A stretch of DNA of 47,436 nt, taken from Octopus sinensis. Lineage: Eukaryota. The stretch is from positions 1 to 47,436 of the forward strand of contig NW_021834660.1 in assembly GCF_006345805.1 (NCBI RefSeq). Direction: 5' to 3'. The notes beneath the pieces are model-generated. The model saw nothing but the letters and a program-made list of their open reading frames with translations. It was not told the DNA's origin and ran no database searches. The translations under genes and the position numbers were made by a program. This document shows positions 45,730 through 47,436 of the stretch, one piece after another (within the stretch, counting starts at the first letter, position 1; each line of letters begins with the position of its first letter).

Positions 45730-46040
45730 CAGCGTGGAAGGTGTTTGTAAGCCATTTAAGAAACACACAAAAACCGTTACATTCACTTCAACATTTAAAT
45801 TTAATTTGCCAAAATATTTTTCGTCGCTTTGAGACCGCGACCTGTTCACTGACAAAAATATCGTGCTAACAGGTCGCGGTCTCAAGCGACGAAAATATTT
45901 TGACAAATTAATTTAAATGTGAAGTGAATCTAACGGTTTTTGTGTGTTCTTAAATGGCTTATAAACACCTTCAATGCTGCAACTGGTTTTCGTTCCAGCA
46001 CACGATTCAGATCAAGTCACCTGCTATGCAAGTACATCTC
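45730..46040. repeat. Head-to-head inverted pair of the GUGAACA-hammerhead unit (arms 45730-45846 / 45868-45979)
   Basis: Both arms match the 181-bp unit at 34673-35045. Confidence 0.9.
45805..45856 (-). ncRNA. Type I hammerhead candidate with compensatory G3:C8 core
   Basis: Minus strand: stem I UUUGUCA/UGGCAAA; core GUGAACA+G; stem II GUCGC/GCGAC; GAAA; near-palindromic AAUAUU stem III (1-nt expansion in this copy). Confidence 0.6.
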
Positions 46041-46144
46041 TGTAACTATATATATATTTATATATATATATATATGTATATTGTTAACAACAGTAATATA
46101 ACAAAAGAAAGAAAGAGACCTCAATATTATGTAAATAGAGGAAA

Positions 46145-46530
46145 TCTTTATATATAAAAGTGAGGTTGTGTGTCTGTCCCTACGATTTAGATTCCTAACT
46201 ACTGCCACATTTTGCGGTGCAGTTTAACCAAAACCGGTATCTTATAGTCGTGATTCATATCGAGACCGTCTGGGTATTAGCGCGCGTCTACGAGAGTCTA
46301 CGATTTAAAAAAAAATTACCATCATTTTTCCCATTTTTATCCATTTTTGACATATATAAGGGAAGTAACTCTCTAAAATTTATTATTAATCTCAGAACGT
46401 AAAAAGCTACAGTAACACCCCTCCCCTTTGTGGTTAGCCATATTGAGATGGCTATTATACTTACATCTCTAAAAATGCTTATATAATTATTTCCCTTACA
46501 AACCCGAGCAACGCCGGGCGATACTGCTAG
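46145..46530 (+). mobile_element. Non-autonomous Helitron, both ends present
   Basis: 5' A|TC, 3' hairpin CCCGAGCAACGCCGGG followed by CTAG|T; inserted between A and T with no TSD. Confidence 0.85.
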
Positions 46531-47225
46531 TATTAAAATATTTTAATTATTTTGAAACAAGTAAAAGTCAGTAAAAATCAGTAAAAATTTAATTTTTTAT
46601 CATTTTATAATTATAATACAACTAATCTATATTGATTATACTATTATTCTTAAAATTGACATTATTCTTAAAATTGTGTTTCTAAATTCAGATTAAAAAT
46701 TTAGAATAATACCATCTAATATTATACTATAAATTTTTATTAAGAAACTAAAATATCTGAACTTAGAAGTTAAATATTATCTTACGTTTATATATAAATA
46801 AGTAGATATATTCTAGTTATACTAAATAATAAAATATGATTATACATTATATCTAAGTATTATGATTGAATTTTATTTAATTTAAAATTATGGTTTTATT
46901 TATTTTCTAAAGAATCAAATGTTATCACATCTTATTAAATAGGCAATTCAGTTTATTTTTACATTTAATTTTTCGTTCATCCTTGGTGTTGACCAGTCTT
47001 ATTTTAGCTTTTAATATTTCCATATATTCGTGTGTACACAGAAGAAAGAATTCATTACCTATTCAATATGATTTCGTTTTACATATTATTTCCCGTTTTA
47101 ATTTATACTTTATAACTTTAGTTTTTATTACCACCAAATTGAACTTCTCTACCCTGTGCACTTGGAAATAATTTCCCTAATATTAATAATAATTATATAT
47201 ATATATATTTATATATATATACACA

Positions 47226-47436
47226 TGTACTCTTTGTACTCTTTCACTTGTTTCAGTTATGTGACTGGCCATGCTGGAGCACCACCTTTAGTTGAGCAAA
47301 TCGATCCCAGGACTTATTCGTTGTAAGCCTAGTACTTATTCTATCAGTCTCTTTTGCTGAACTGCAAGTTACGGGACGTAACATACCAGCATCGGTTGTC
47401 AATCGATGATTTGGGGGGGACAACACAGACACAAAC
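47226..47436 (-). mobile_element. SINE family B 3' half, cut by the window end
   Basis: Family match. Confidence 0.85.

Overview
An AT-rich, microsatellite-dense stretch of animal genomic DNA, most likely octopus, judged by recognition of the tRNA-derived SINEs and RTE tails typical of Octopus assemblies (not by a database search). I found no intact protein-coding gene or well-supported host exon; nearly all long ORFs in the track are low-complexity or repeat artefacts. The window is a transposon graveyard: at least four SINE families, RTE, CR1 and R4/Dong-like LINE remnants, Tc1 (DD34E) and maT (DD37D) transposase relics, Helitron pieces, two MITEs carrying TTAGGG-like tracts, and several Penelope-like element (PLE) ORF fragments. 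The main hidden structure is a set of about ten type I hammerhead ribozyme (HHR) motifs in short (TA)n-flanked units. They include canonical CUGANGA cores and variant cores (a compensatory G3:C8 core GUGAACA, CCGACGA, CUGUUGA). Six long fold-back palindromes have their junctions inside or immediately next to a hammerhead. All ribozyme calls come from manual base-pairing and are untested. Repeat boundaries are approximate.
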